64,000 nucleotides of DNA from the human T2T-CHM13v2.0 reference genome, Homo sapiens: the NCBI RefSeq assembly GCF_009914755.1, contig NC_060926.1; one strand, given 5' to 3'. The translations under genes were made by a program, and so were the position numbers. The notes beneath the pieces were generated by a model. It was not told the DNA's origin, did no database searches, and was given only the letters and a program-made list of their open reading frames with translations. Below, piece after piece: positions 38,767 through 53,973 of this stretch. Positions within the stretch are counted from its first letter, which is position 1, and each line of letters begins with the position of its first letter.

Positions 38767-40479
38767 CTCCAGAAAAGACAATACCTTTTTCCATTCAGTG
38801 CTTGGAGAACATGACCACTGGAGAACCCCAGTTTTATTATTCAGAAATGACAATGAGACTCATTTGTCCAGAAGAATGTAAAAACTATTAAGTCAAACAC
38901 TTCATTGTCAGAGAGGTTCCTATAATACAAATCCTGTATGTTCCAGCAGGGGCATTTTAGCCCACAGCTCGCTCCTGTATTCTGATGTACTGCCCTTCAG
39001 CATTTTGAACTTATAAAACCCTAATGTCTGTCATCTAGAAGCCTCAAAACTTGGAGGACAACTGTCAATTCAAAGCCATATATGAAGCCCATATTTCTAC
39101 CAGTTCTTGTCCTAGAAGCACTGACTGGCTTCTATACTCTTGTCCCAGTTCTAAGACACCATGGTACTTTGCAACCAAGCCAGTGATACCTTGATATATA
39201 TTTTGTGTGTGGTCCTGGAAGTGCTTGGTTGAGTCATGATTATTTGGACTTTGGCAGTTCATTTTCCTCAGGAATAAATGTTGCATCTCTGGAAACCCTG
39301 AACTAATAATGTTAAGCCAAATACTCCAAATTTCTTATCTTTTATAATAAAATTTCTTGTCTGTTCCTAAGGTATGTAAGTTCAGTCCCTTCAGTTTTTA
39401 GAAAACAGAAGCTAAGAAGGGCTAAAATACTTTCCCAAGGGTACACGGAAAGTAGGGCAGAATTTAAGTCCACTTCTTTTTGGACCCTTAATATAAGTGT
39501 GGTTAGACTGTCTAATGGACTGAAATAAATATGGCCCTGGAAAAATATACCCGAAAACCCTCTTCCACACTCTGACCTCATCTAGTTGAAACATTCCACA
39601 GTTGACCCCATGAACCCCAAACTCCAGCATCATAGTAGTGTTCAGGGAGATGAAGACCTTCCTGACAGAACCATGTGTTAGTTCAGGATCTCTAAGAAGG
39701 AAGGGTAACCCTAAGTCAAACCAATTAAAGTGACAGTTGACTTATTTCTCTGTATAGAAGAACCAATTCAGAAGACTTCTGTGCAGATATTATGCCACTG
39801 CTGACCTATATTTTAAAATATTTATGGGATTAAAATTTTCTCTGGTGTTGGGGATCAAATATGCTTTAACAGATCTTGGGCCTTTAAGACAGAGATATGT
39901 TGGTTTCTCCATAAAATCAGTTCGATAAGTCTGAGTTGTCTCCTTTACAGGCAGGAAGAAATGGCTTCCCTTGGAGCTATCCATGGAACTTATCTAAGGG
40001 ACTCATGTTTTTAGCCTGCTTCTCCAGCTTAGGTCTGCCCTGCTTCCAAGTATTTCTAGCACACCAAGCTTCTTTGTGAGTCTTGCTATGACTAGTTTTT
40101 GAAATGGAACCTATGTTTTTCAAGCCCGGAGGCCTTACACTGCAGGTTAATATTTCCAGTCCTACCCTCTACCTATTCATCGCCTTCTTTGTGCTAGCCC
40201 CATCTTTGCCAGGAATCCGCCCACCTGCCCCTTGTCCAGGCATATTGCCCTGCCCAAGACAGAGACTGACTTAAAGAGTAACCAAGACTAACCTTAAAAG
40301 CAACCAGTAAGCATGATTTAAGGATGATTGGAAAACATTTCCTGCCCCCAAAGTATTCCTCCATTTTAGACTTGGAATGTGACAAACCTCCTATTTGGGA
40401 ATGTAGCAACAAAGAACAATGTGACTGGATTTTCACAGGGCACCAGATTAAATATTTTATATACTTTGTCTAGTTGACA

Positions 40480-40640
40480 TTCATAACATCTCTATGAGAT
40501 AAAAATCATTATCCCCAGTTTACAGTTGAGGGAATCAAGGCCCAGAGAAATTAATAACATGTCTAATTTAACACAACTGGTATGTAGCAGAGGCAGTTTC
40601 ACACTTCAGTCTAACTGGCTGTATACCCAGTGCTTTCTGC
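40480..40640 (-). mobile_element. MIR fragment
   Basis: cattatccccagtttacagttgagggaatcaaggcccagagaaattaa. Confidence 0.75.
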
Positions 40641-41319
40641 CTTGCAGAATAGAATCTGAAATAACCTCAAGCATCCTTAGATTCATTGTTGTTTACATGT
40701 AAGCAACATTTGGCATCTGGCCTTTAATATCTCTTTGCTTTAGGCACTTCATCATTTTTATGTCACATGCTCATTCACCCTTGACCAAGGCTAGGGAAGA
40801 TATATGTTCTTTGCAAACTGACTGATTGAGTACAGGTGTAAAGCTATGTCATGAAAAACCTTTGACCCCTTTCTTTGTCCCAGGTAACAGGCAATTAAAT
40901 CAGAGTAGTTTGCTTCAGGCCAGAAGATCGTTGACCAGTACAAGGCATCTTTATTTTTTTTTTAGCTTAGAGATACCATTAATGTCACAGAGCCCCGTAG
41001 CCAAAACGAAGGACAGTTTTGCAAATGATGGATTTAACCTTTGTCTTTTGGAAGCTAGATGTGATTATCTCCATCAGCTTTTGTTCACACTCTTATAGCT
41101 CATTTTCTAGTGTTTTAATCTTCAGTCGTTCTAATTTCAAAGTTCCAAGGCTCAGAGAACTAACTCACTCTGCATTAATAACTAACTTGGCCAGCCAACT
41201 AGTTAGATAATCGCTTCTTCTAAAGACCTGAATTTAATCACATATAAGATAATACGCATTGGCTCCTAGGATTAGAAAGAAAATAGACCTTTGGGGTGTC
41301 GGGCACTGTTTAGCCTACC

Positions 41320-41565
41320 GCAGTCCATCTTCTGATTCCCAAAGATTCATGTTCATTCCACGTGCAAAACCCATTCACCACATTCCAGCATACCTCAAAA
41401 TCTCAACCCATTACTGCATCAATTTAAAATTCATCCAAATCTCATCTAAATATCAGCACCTAAGAAGTCCAAGATGATTTAGAATTATCATCAAAATCAT
41501 TGAAAATAAGGTATATTTGAGAGGCTGGGTACATTCCATCCTACGGCAGAATTCCTCTCCTTGTT
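41320..41565. mobile_element. MaLR internal-region fragment
   Basis: ccacgtgcaaaacccattcaccacattcc..ctcaacccattactgcatcaat..aaatctcatctaaat. Confidence 0.55.
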
Positions 41566-41942
41566 TTTCCTCATAACAGGCTCTTTATCAAGACATCTTT
41601 CTTACATTCGGGGTTGATATTAAACTTGTGAGGCAAATCAAAGAACTTCCAAGGCCTCACAGGAATTTTTTATTTGGCTAGATTCAGTTTCGTTTTCTGC
41701 TTAATTGTATTACAAATGGATGAAAGTTAAACAGCTTGTCTTGAAAGTCAGCTAGAAGCTAGAAGCTGAATGAGAGTCCTTCATGTTGTCTGAATCAGTC
41801 ACACTAGCTTCTTCTGGTTTTGAACCTTCTGCAATCTAGTCCTGGAGATTTGGCTATTTCTAGTACCTTTAATCGCAGTGTCTGCCATGTGACAAACACA
41901 ATCTTCTGTATACACAATATTTTTCGTGTCAAAGCTGCACCA

Positions 41943-42240
<298 letters not shown>

Positions 42241-44704
42241 AAGCTGCACCAAAATGTATTTTAAGACAGATTGACAAATAAAATGACAATTAGAGGTACA
42301 AACAAGTGAAAATTAAATATATATGGCTATACCATTACAAATAACTGAGGTGAGACACAGATAAACAGAAACTTTTCTTTTATAGCTACATTTGCTCATG
42401 CAGGCAACCTTTTATGTCACGACTTTCTGATCTGCTTAGTAACTGTTGACTTGTTTGGGGGTTTGTTGTGAAATATTTCCCAGTTTCATGAATGTTAAAA
42501 AGCAAACCTTATGTATTGTAGACTTAAGATTATGTGGTATTTCCATATCATTAAATATCCTTTCATAGAGTCATTTTTAATGATTGCATATTGTTTAATT
42601 GTATACAGACAACCACTTTTTATTGAATATTTAGGTTTTTTTCAAAATTTCTCTAATTGGGGCTTGCAGTATATACCTTTGTACTGAAATGGAGTTCAGA
42701 TGTTTTAACATTTATTCCAGAAAGTATCTTACTGTGAATTAAGAAGATACCCTGGATTAATACACAAATGGAAATGCTTTTTTTATCTCAGATTCTGACA
42801 TGTTTTCTTCTTAGCCCTTATTTTAATGTATTGGTTGAATAAGTTGACTGTCTATCCCATTAAGTCATGATCACCTTACACATATACTTGTTTGTTATAT
42901 GTGTTTCAGTACACTGGAAAGAAAGACTTCAGGAAGAAGGCTCAGCCCTGGTGAACTGTGAGGGAGGGAGTGGGGATGATGGGGAAAGTCCTGGACCATG
43001 AGTGAGTATCAGGGAAAGGCAGTCTTGCTCACTCACAGGGACACCTAAAAATCATTAAGGGGTAACTTGTTGAATGAGCAGGTGAGGACAGGTGCTAACA
43101 AGAATGATGGAGGATGGTGGAAGACAAACATTGTCTGCTTCTTAATTTACCCTAGGGATTCACCTGAATGGCACACTCATTACTATGCTTCCCCTGCCAA
43201 AGGGCAAGTACAAATAGTTAACACTAGGACGATGTCAAGGAATTAGAGAAGAGCTGTGGGGAAATGGAGGAGCACATAGGTCCCTGAAACACCAGCTCAG
43301 AGATTGAGTGTTCATAATTATGGAAAGGCGATAATAGCCTAGAATTATGTATAATGTCACACCTCACCAGGGCCTGCAGTGGGAACTTCTGCTGTGAGTA
43401 AAACTTGTCAATTCTGTGTATTTCTTCCTCTCTCTATTATGTAAGATTTTTATTTAAATCTTATATAAAGTCTGGTTTCATTCTTCAACGTGTTTCCCTA
43501 CCAAATTTTAATGATACATTTCTATCAATCATCACATCCATCCATCCTTTCTAGTGCATTCCCAACAGTCTCCTGTTTCCTACCCACTGTCTGTATGCTT
43601 AGACTCAAAATAGATTCAAGCAGAACCAAAAGTCATGTGAAGAAGTGAAGTGGCCAAAATCCCTTTGATAAAAGCATGAAAAGAGCTAAGGGGCATCCTG
43701 TTGACCTGCCAAGCTGCAGGTGGTGGCCAAGCCCACCACAGGTCTTCCTCCTCCAATTAGACCCATTTCTCCTTCATAGGGGGAATTCCAGGGGGTGTGA
43801 GTTTGTGTGTGTAGTATGTGAGCCATCTTGGCTTATAGCTGACCTGCAGTGCCCAGAAGGGTGCACCACAAGCATTGTTCCAGCTCCAAAAGAAAGAAAG
43901 GAGTCCATTGTCTCTTTATGACAGCCAAAAATAGAACTGCCCTTTTAAATACTGCACAACATTGTAAATGGTCCAATCTATTTTCTGGCTTACTATATCC
44001 GCCGGGGCGCTCATCCACAATGTTGCTCTCTAGGCTTCTCTCAATCTGTTTGAGTCCTTTCCACACATACAGCAAGCTACATTTTTTTTCAAGGTTGAAT
44101 GGCATTTCATTTTTTTGTTTGTTTTAAACTAAATTTAGCATAGTGTGTCTCAATTCTTAATGGTGTCTGCAACAACTCCCAAATTAGAAAGCTCTTCAAA
44201 CTTCACTAGCAAAGTGTTGTTTTCTTGCTTTTTTCAAACCTTCTCACGGTGCTAACATAATACCTAATATTTGTCTAGTACTTTACAGTTTACAAAATAC
44301 TTTCAAACCCATTATCTCCTGAGAGGTAGTATTATTATCAGGAACTCTCTTTACCAAGGCAGAGACAGGCTCAAAGATATTAATTGGTTTGTCAAAAGCT
44401 ACACAGCTACTAACAAAGTTGAGACTGAAACTGGTTTTCTGGCTCCAGACCCCGTGTCCTTTATACCACTCAGAGCTGGCGCCCTTCTTTACTAATTCCT
44501 GTTTATGTATTTCCACACAAGCAGTTACCAATGGCAAATATTATTATTATTTAGCAGGAAACTGAATAAAATTCAATAACTTGAATAAATGTCTAGAAAG
44601 ATGCTCTGACCATAGATTTTGGTCAGAAATATTTTCTTATGTCTCTGCCAACATGAAAACAAGACACAAAATCAGTGGCAGGTACTTTTAAAGATATTTA
44701 TAAT

Positions 44705-45115
44705 TGTCATTTATTGAGTACTTACAATGTGCCATACTCCATACGAATTTCCTTCCAAATACTATCTCAGTTAATTCAAAGAATAAACCTATGAAGAAAG
44801 TACTAGTATCCTCCTCAGTTTGTAGATGAGGAAACTGAGTTGTAAGAGATCATGTAAGCCCCTCAAGCTAGTAGGTGGTGCAGTAGGGACTTGAACCCAG
44901 GAAACATGGCTCCAGCGAGCATACTCCTAACCACTAAACCATAAGGATTTAGAGTTCTGGTTCTGTAACCAGCCTTAAGGTAAAATTTCAGCTGCACACT
45001 GACTAGCTGAAATTTGGGCAAATATTTAATCTCTCTGGAGATCAATTTTTCATCTGTGAAATGATTAAATAAGTGAACAAAAATTGGCACCTAGCTAGTC
45101 GTCAGTAAATGTTAG
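44705..45115. mobile_element. Two adjacent MIRs in opposite orientation (~44705-44940 minus, ~44960-45115 plus)
   Basis: catttattgagtacttac..gtagatgaggaaactgag..gacttgaacccagg; ttgggcaaatatttaatctctctg..catctgtgaaatg. Confidence 0.75.
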
Positions 45116-47144
45116 CTTGTAGTCTACTGATGCTACACATTCTTCATTTATTTCTTTATTCCTCAACTAGGTATTGAGCCCTTCCTTGCTGTGTGTGCCA
45201 GATGATATTTCTCTGCACACTTAGTTTTAAAAGGTTTCATATTTTGTGTACCCCCAGGATCATCAGCGCCCAAGGCTAACCAGGCACTTTTCCTTCTTTC
45301 CTGTGTTTGAACACCATATGGAATCAGGATTAGTCACTTTGAGCCTTGTGTGAGTTGCTGTTGTTTCAAATGAGTTTGCAACTGCAGCATCTTTTGTTTT
45401 GTGACAGTACTACCAGTCTATCTTTTCCCAATATCTTTTTCTTCAAAATGCTGGAATTCATTTGATTATTTTCTAGGGCTATTTGAGCACACCCTCTGTG
45501 TGAATGAAGGAAACCAGGTTTTACTGCAGGCATCTCCCATTTACATGGCATAATTTAAAATTAAAGGCTTCCATTGCAAGGCAGCCTCTGTTTCCTGTTC
45601 CACCGTCTTTTCTGCTGATAGGTTGGATCATGGACTGTCCTCTCAAAGTCAGAGCAGTGGTGCTTGATGGCTCTGTACACTTAAGGAGATTTGTTTCCAG
45701 ACCCCTCTTTCCCCAACTATTAGTTGTCTTTTCCAAGATACTGTTTTTCCCATTCCTCAACCCTTAGAACTTATTCTACAGACTTTCACTTTGCTTTTGA
45801 CTTATGACGATTTGGTGAAACACTTTTGTTAAGCCAGGCTGTACTCACTTGGAAGGGCAGTTTTTTATACACAGTATTACAACCTATATAATACATTTCT
45901 ATGTGAATATGGCCAAGAAGAAGTACTCTAAGCTCAATGTCAAACCTGATGCCATTGTGATAAAACAAATACACAATGCCTTTAATTGCAACAGACGTTT
46001 TATGATCTCAATATTTCTGTAAACTCAGTCCACACAGCCAGTGTAGCCAAAATTAGAATACATTAAGAGGCATAAAATTGTAAATTGGACATGTGGATAA
46101 GCTTTATTGATATTGTAAAATATTATGGTAAGACTTTCTGTCGAGTCTCCTCATTTTTGGCACCACATTAAAAAACAGAGTTGTGAGTAGTACTGACGTA
46201 ATTAGAAGTTGAACCTGTTTGGATTCACAGTGGTCACTCCAGACAATTACATTTTTAAACCTTCAGCAGATGGCCAGAATTAAGTCCTGGTGAGCCTTTT
46301 CCACAGCACCGGAGCCAACATGCAGTGGATATGCCACTGGCACAGATTTAACTTCACCTGGAAATAAGCTAGTGGGACGGAAACTGCTGCAGAACAACCG
46401 CTTCCATTGTGAGTTCCCACTCTCTCAGCATGGAACCAAAACAATGGCTGATTGCAAGGGAAACCAATAATTGAATAAGGTTGGGGAGGGAGTAGAAAAG
46501 GGAAGTAAATGTTTCCTCTGAATTGATTATTTGTGTAAGCAAAGTAAAATGTTCTTTAATGAAAGGTATTTCTCTTATACATGTAGTAGTGGCATTCTGG
46601 TAACATAACAATAATCTATCAGGACCCTACATTGAAGATAATTAAACGGAAGGAAAAAGAAGAGCAAAGAATATTCTTTTGATGACTTAGGAAGATTATG
46701 CTTTGTTAACAGCCAGCACTTTGAGTGTTTACAGTATGTCAGGGATGGTGCAAACTCTTTAGATATGTTGCCTTGTTAATCTTCACAATATCCTATGAGA
46801 CAGATACTGTTTTTATTTCCATTTTACGCTGAAAGAAATAAGGCAAAAGGTTACACAGCTGGTAAGTGGCAGCTGGACTGTAAAGCATCTACTAAATCTA
46901 ACCATCGGGGGTTTATCTGTGACCCCTGTGAGGGCAGTTTTAGGAGCATTGTTTGTTGGGAGCGGGAGGAGAATCTGATCTTACTAGCAGGATGTCTAGA
47001 GGCAGGGACATGAGGGGAACTTATGGATACCTTAACATTCTCTGACATGGATGACACCCTGGATAACTTCTCATCGGGCTGTTTAGTTCCAGTGCACTCT
47101 TAACCATTATGATACCTACCTTGTGATGCCTTATTTGTTTAAAT

Positions 47145-47362
47145 CAAGCTTGTCCAACCCATGGCCCGCAGGCCTCATGCAGGTCAGGACAGCTTTGAAT
47201 GCGGCCCAACACAAATTCTTAATCTTTCTTAAAACATTATGAGTTTTATTGAGATTTTTTTTTTTAGCTCATCAGCTGTCTTTAGTGTATTTTATGTGTG
47301 GCCCAAGACAATTCTTCTTCTTCCAGGGTGGCCCAGGGAAGCCAAAAGATTGGACAGCCCTG
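47145..47362. mobile_element. MER30 (hAT-Charlie MITE)
   Basis: caagcttgtccaacccatggcccgc..gctttgaatgcggcccaacacaaattc..ggcccagggaagccaaaagattggacagccctg. Confidence 0.9.
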
Positions 47363-49529
47363 AATAGTTTCTCACTTTCTAAAACAAGTTTCTCAATTTC
47401 TAAAACAAATTGCCTACAATTTGATTGCCTCAACAATCCTGTAAAACACATAGCTCTATTTTACAGAGCTAGCAGCAGAGGCACAGAGAGGCTCCGAATG
47501 ACTTGCCAAGAATGGAAGGCTAGTTGCTGATGAAGTCAGTATGAGATCTCCGTAACAGTGTTCTACTATTAAACGACCCATGGAACTTAACATTCTTCAA
47601 AGCCATTTGCCTTTGGCTCAGGTTTCCACAGATGAGGCTAACAGGAATGCTTCACTGTGTCTCTGATGGTCTTAAGGAGATGTTGTGTGGCAACTGACAG
47701 GATCCATGACACACTGTCCTCCTCCAATAACATGGTGATGTTATGACCAAATTCACTTGAAAGTACCAAGCATGTTGCCATTTCCTGGTTTAATCTAACT
47801 GCGGCTCAGCTTTCAAGGCCAGGAAAGTAAGAAGCAGACAGTTTAAGTTCAAGGTCATAGAGTGAGTCAGAGAGAAGATCCCAGGCTGCTCAGTTCCAAA
47901 ACAACATGTCACTTTCCCTGTGCACAGGCAGGACATGGAATTAACGGGTTTATTGACATCCAAGAGTCATATTTACAGGTCTATAAAAAATATTGGTTGC
48001 TATAAAAATTCAGTAACATAAGTCCAGGGAATGTTCTGCAGAAGAAACTCCCTATGATACTTTCAGAGTGAATCAGTGAGGAAGTAAATGTATATTGGTC
48101 TAGTCACTATTCACCCAAGCCAGGATGTACAGGGGAAAAAAAAAAGTAGAAGTAGTCTTTGATCTCATTTCCCCCCAGTTTACAAGTTTGTTTGTTTGTG
48201 GCTGCCACTGTAACACCAAGTTAAATCAATTTCCAGGCCACTTTTGCTGTAAGGCAATAGCAACTTTTCAGTTTCTGTGGACGTGGTCTGAGTGTGTGGG
48301 AACACAGAGATTACTCAGAGAGCCAAAAATGAATGACAAGAATGAGACCCCCGTGCACCATGTGAGTCCTTGGCCATGAAATCAATGCCATGATCCATTT
48401 GCTCCTGAGGACACCAAAAGATGTGCAGGTAGTCCCAACAGCCTTGGCAGTCACTTTTTTAAAGTTCTCAAATATGGATTTCAGAGGACAGAGAATAAAT
48501 TATGAAAGTTTCTCTTGTAAAATTTCCTTCTAACAATCTGATTCCCCAAGTATCGTTCCTGGACTGCTTTTCTATTAAATTAAGTTGATAATGTAAAGGG
48601 GAGACTGAGAGACATGTTCCAAGTATGTTGACTTCTGTTCATCATATTTTCTCTGCATCTTTTATCTTCCAATTTTTCTCTTTTATATCTTTTTCCATCC
48701 ATCTTTCTTTGCTTGATTTCCAACTATTTTCAAATACCTTATTCATAAGTCCCATTTTTCTGCCCCCTCCTCATTTTAAATATGTTCAGTCTTTTATTTC
48801 TCTTCCCTTTCTGCTTATGCTGCCATCATTTTCTCACTCTCTGTTCAAGTAACTGGATTTGCACATGGTTTTATATTTTAAACAATCACTCCAACAATAT
48901 TTCAGCTGTCTCTGGGGGAAAAGGAATACAATCGTAAATATAAATCAGCTGGAGCCAAGTGAAAGCAGGCTTAAGCGAAGCATTAAATCCCCCCTTCCAA
49001 TTTCCAAAACCACACAGAGAAATAGCTTAGGTCAGCTACAGTGAATATGGCAAAAGTGAAAAATGATAGTGCAAAGAGCCCCTGGTTATATCAAATTCTG
49101 CTTTTTTGTTACTTTGGACTTGCCAATAAATTCTGGGGGCCATTCTTTTATTAATATATTTCCTAGATCTCTACTAACTCCAGCATTTGGCAGATGAAAT
49201 TTCACTAGACTGTTTAGAGACCTCCTGCTTCTACAGCAGCTAAACATCTCAATGGGCCAACCACAGGGGGAGAGCAATAAGTGTGAGAATTCCAATCTAT
49301 TTCTCCCTGTGCTTTGCTGTCTTAGCAGGAACTGCTTATGTTTGATAATGTGTAGAATAATATTTGAGAAACATCTTCACTGGCTCAAAGCTAGTTGCCT
49401 AAAAATAGGGAAACAAATATATCTCTTCTGCATATATTCCTACAGATATAGATATATATAGATATAGATTTGTATCAGTAAAGAATACAAGAGGGGTGGA
49501 GGACAGGAAGGAAATGAAATAATGCATAA

Positions 49530-50020
49530 TGATTCATTGAACCTCTACTCTGTCCCAAGTGCCCTAGATACATTATCTCATTTAATCTCACAATTATCCA
49601 GTGAAGAATATATTAAAATAAACATTTTTAAAAGATAGAAAAATAGAGGAGCAAGGTGATTGAGTAACTTGCCAATGGTCACCTAGTAAGTGGTAGAGTT
49701 ATCTATGAATGAATCCACATGATGAAGAAGGAGAAGGAAGAGGAAGAGAAGAGAAGGATGAGGAGGAGGAAGAATGTTTATCAAGCCAGACCCTATACTA
49801 ACTAGCATTTCATATAAATTATCACATTTGCAGAAATTCTCTGAAGCAAACAATATTGATACCTCTGTTTTATTGATGAAAGACCAAAGCGTAGCATAGG
49901 TACAATAATTTGTTCAAGTCACAGAGCTAGTGGGTAGAAATTTCAGGATCTGAACCACAGTGAACCACTTCAGATTCCACAGCGTCAATCCCAAATCCAT
50001 GTTTTTTCACTATATAACCA
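49530..50020 (-). mobile_element. Two MIR fragments separated by a GA-rich tract (~49720-49772)
   Basis: cattatctcatttaatctcacaa..gagtaacttgccaatggtcac; ttgttcaagtcacagagctagt. Confidence 0.65.
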
Positions 50021-50453
50021 TGTCTCTTGAGATATTCAAAATGGAAATCCAACATCAAAATTATATTTTAGTGCCACATTTAAGAAAAATGACATGTCTG
50101 TAATGATATTATAATAGAAATCCTATTTCATTCAAAAATAGCATTTCAGTGTAGCCCAAATACTGAAAGGCTATGTCAAAAGATAATTCAGCATGTCTGG
50201 GAAGTATTCATCAACTTCTTTTCATCACTATAGAACATGTAGGACTCCTTCAGAATGCCTTAGGGGTTCAAGGCAGTGGTGGATGGGGGAGAAGAGAGCA
50301 GTCTTAAAATGGCAAGCTCAGCATATCCAGTAACTCTATCCCTCATGCAGAATTAGATTGCTATTGAACTGTACTAATACATTCAAAAGGTTGCAAAAAT
50401 TCAGCTAGAATAGATTTCAGATGTTAGGACTCCCAGTAGAATTAAACCAATGA

Positions 50454-50784
50454 GGCTGGATGCAGTGGCTCACGCCTGGACTCCCAGCACTTTGGGAGGC
50501 TGAGGCGGGTAGATCACTTGAGGTCAGGAGTTTGAGACCAACCTGGCCAACATGGCGAAACCCTGTTTCTACTAAAAAAAAGAAAGAAAAATATGTATAT
50601 GTATATACACATGAAAAAGTAGCCGGGTGTGGTGGTGCATGCCTGTAATTCCAGCTACTCGGGAGGCTGAGGCATGAGAATCACTTGAACCTGGGAGGCG
50701 GAGGTTGCAGTGAGCCCAATTTGCCACTGCATTCCAGCCAGGGTGATGGAGTGAGACTCTGTCCCCCCCTTCCCCCCCAAAAAA
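50454..50784 (+). mobile_element. AluS with expanded middle linker and C-rich insert in the tail
   Basis: Full Alu; 16 bp TSD AGAATTAAACCAATGA at 50438 and 50785. Confidence 0.95.
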
Positions 50785-51269
50785 AGAATTAAACCAATGA
50801 ATTCATTCTGATAAATCCCTCTTACAGCATTAAAGCAATTAATGATGTCAGTATTTCCTTTGTTAAAAGTAGGCTTTCAAGCAATGCAGATTTTAAAATC
50901 TATTTTTTTCCAATAATTACCTTTCCATTTAATTGTTTAGATCTCCTTGTCTTTCACAAAAATAATTTTGAGGAGGTGAAAAGAGTATGGCCTTACAGGA
51001 GCTTACATTCATTGAATATTCGCCAGGCATCATGCTAAGTACTTTGCTTGCAGTTAAGTTTTGTGAAGTGGGTACTTTTTAATCTCTATTAACTGGATGA
51101 GGAAACTGGTTTAATGACATTAGTTAATTTTCCTTTATCACATAACTAAAAAGAGCTTGACTTCAAATCCAGGTGTTTCTGACTACAAAGCCTGAGCTCT
51201 TAATCAGCATTCATTGAAGTCATAGCTGATCAAATAATTATATTCAAAAGCTGTGATTTAACACATCAT

Positions 51270-51790
51270 TTCCAGCATGGAAGGGCTGTGTATTGTTTTC
51301 AGTTCTGGATCTTGCTGTCTAAAAGTAGTACAGATAAATTGAAGTGTGCTCAGAAAAGAGCAACTTAAATGGTGAAGGGCCCACAACCACTTCAGTTGAA
51401 GAGGAGTCTTAGGGGCCAGCAACATTTTGCTTGAAGAAGAGAAAAATCAATATGGTCCTGTCTTCAGACATTTGGAGAACTGCCCTGAAGGAGGTGAAAT
51501 GAGCCTGTCAATGGAGGGAACTGTAAGAGACCATCTCCAAGGTTCTTTGGCAATCTGTGATTCTCTGTTGTATTTCCTCATGAATCCAAGGAGTAGAGTC
51601 AGTGGAAGCTACATGTTAGCTGAGCATGAGAAAGAATTTTCTGCTAGAGTAAGCTGATGATGGCAGTTGTGCCTCAGACTTAACCCATCAGTGGAGTTTC
51701 TAGCATAGGCCAGAAAAACACTTGGTGGGAATTTTGGGAAGGAAATTTAAATATAGAATGATTGATTAAACTAGATGCCTTTCCCGGACC
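51270..51790 (+). mobile_element. L3/CR1 LINE relic
   Basis: gtattgttttcagttctgg..agataaattgaagtgtgctcagaaaagagcaac..atggtgaaggg..gcttgaagaagagaa..tgtcttcagacatttg. Confidence 0.65.
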
Positions 51791-53642
51791 TGAGAGCCGT
51801 AAACTGACAAATAAATGCTCCATGATGACAAACCCCAAGACTATCTGCTGAAGTTCCTCAGAGCCTGAGATTTATGTTTCTTTTGCTCTTCCAGAGAAGC
51901 CTCTCATTGAAAGGGAAGATTAGAGAAAAGAACTTACAATGACAGTAGTGCAAGCTCTCAGATCTTACACTTGAGTTCTAAAATGACAGACAAGGTTGTA
52001 AGAAAATCCATGCAAGAACTGATGAGATAACTCCTAAGAAAATGTTTCGAGAAGCACAAAACACCATTGAAATTATAGGGAATAAAAGTAATATTAGCAA
52101 GTTAGGGAGGCAACAGTCCTCATTGTTAGGGAATCTTTCTTGGTTAAATGTCATTGTGCATCTATATATGGAGTGGGCCAAGGAGTGGAAAATTCAAATT
52201 AAATGAAAGATCAAAATCATTTTTAAAGTGTAGTAAAATCAGTCAGTATTGGACAGAATGGCAGTGACAGGACCCACTCAGAAAATACCGTGAAGGTGGA
52301 ATCAGTTTCATCTTTAGTTTTTATCAAATGATATTTTTTCTAAAGACAAGCACAAACAGTTGTTAGAAGTCACCACAATGGAGTTCTTATGTTTTTTCCT
52401 CTTTCAATCTCAAATACTACTAGTATCTTCTGTGTGAAACATGAATATGGATACACAAACAAACAAAAAAATACCATAAGATCCCTGTCAGAGAGACAGG
52501 GTTACAATTCAAAACTGAAAAGAGAGATTTCAGATTTCAAGTAATGCCTCAAGATTCTTAGCCTTTTAGAATAACTAGAAGTTTCAGAGAAAAGTCAAAC
52601 TCTCCCTTCTGATGTTCATGTTCTTTGTATACTTTTGTGGGACCAACTCTTACTACATTTGAAACCAAAAAATAGTTGCACGTTGAACTTCATGTATCCT
52701 GGATATATTCCATTTTCTGACATACATTATCTTTCCAGGTTTCCCTTGACAGCACTTAGATTGAAATGTACAGCTATTAAGACAGTATTATAAACAGTCA
52801 TTCCTTTATGATTGGACATGAAATATTCTGTCTCCCTATGCTACACCTACCCTACATTTCAGTTTTATGGTGGTCAATTCCAGTACATATTCCATTCCCT
52901 CTGCCCCTCTGCTCTAGATTGGATTGATATTCTTTCAGCTGCCTTAGCTATAAGAATTGGAATTGTGTAATGAAAAATAAATTGGCTATCATTCTAAGGT
53001 GCACCCTGTTGAATGGGGAGATTTTTAAATTAAATTGTTGTTTCTAACTTTTTTCCAAACACCTGTAATTTCTGAATTTAAGACTCACATGTAGCTCTGC
53101 TCTAACTTTCAGGATAGCTTGGTGAAGTGATGAAAAGTTTAAATAATCCCTCAGATGAAAGCCCAGAAACCTATTCATAAGACGTAACAGCTTCCTTGGT
53201 CCAAGGAAAGAAAGCAGAGGGGAGGGTGGATAGAAATGGGAATTAGGAAATATTTGTTCATAGTGCCAAGGTCAAAGATTCTTCCTGAAGACTGCTGTTG
53301 GAAGGACCATGGTCCAAATGGTTTTATTTCTCATATTTAGAAAAGCATGAGAAAGTGACTTGTGCTGCCTTCAATCACATATTTTTGGGTATTTAGCATT
53401 AGCATTTTTCTTTCTTCTTTCTGATTCTAGCCTATTTTATTTTCTCCATAGTGCTTTTCTCTACCTAACGTATTATGTATTTATTGTTTATCAGCTTTCA
53501 TATCACTGGACTGTAAGTTCCCCATCATTCCAAAGATTAACCCATAGAAGTTCAATAAATATTTGTGAAATTAAGGAATGAATGAATGAATAGTGAGACA
53601 ACCTTTTAAAATATAATCCACATTTCTTTAAAAGCAGTTCTA

Positions 53643-53932
53643 GGCCAGGCACAGGGACTCACAGCTGTAATCCCAACACTTTGGGAGGCCAATGCAGAAG
53701 GATTGCTTGAGCCCAGGAGTTTGAGACCACTCTGGGCAACACAGTAAGAAGTTGTCTCTACAAAAAAACAAACAAAAAAAAAAAAATCTAGGCGTGGTGG
53801 TGCATGCCTGTAGACTCAGCTATTTGGGAGGCTGAGGTGGGATGATCACTTGAGCCCAGGAGTTCAAGGCTGCAGTGAGCCATGATTGCACTGCCATACT
53901 CCAGCCTGGGCAACAGAGTGGGACTCTGTCTC

Positions 53933-53971
<39 letters not shown>

Positions 53972-53973
53972 AT
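53643..53973 (+). mobile_element. AluJo with (TAAA)n tail
   Basis: gaaggattgcttgagcccaggagtt, caaggctgcagtgagccatgattg; about ten TAAA repeats. Confidence 0.93.

Noticed and set aside
44705-45115. Second pair of oppositely oriented MIRs as a hairpin
   Set aside because: The arms show only ordinary MIR-level similarity, unlike 23522-23785
47366-47409. Two tandem copies of GTTTCTCA(C/A)TTTCTAAAACAA
   Set aside because: Ordinary slippage duplication, only two units and no spacers
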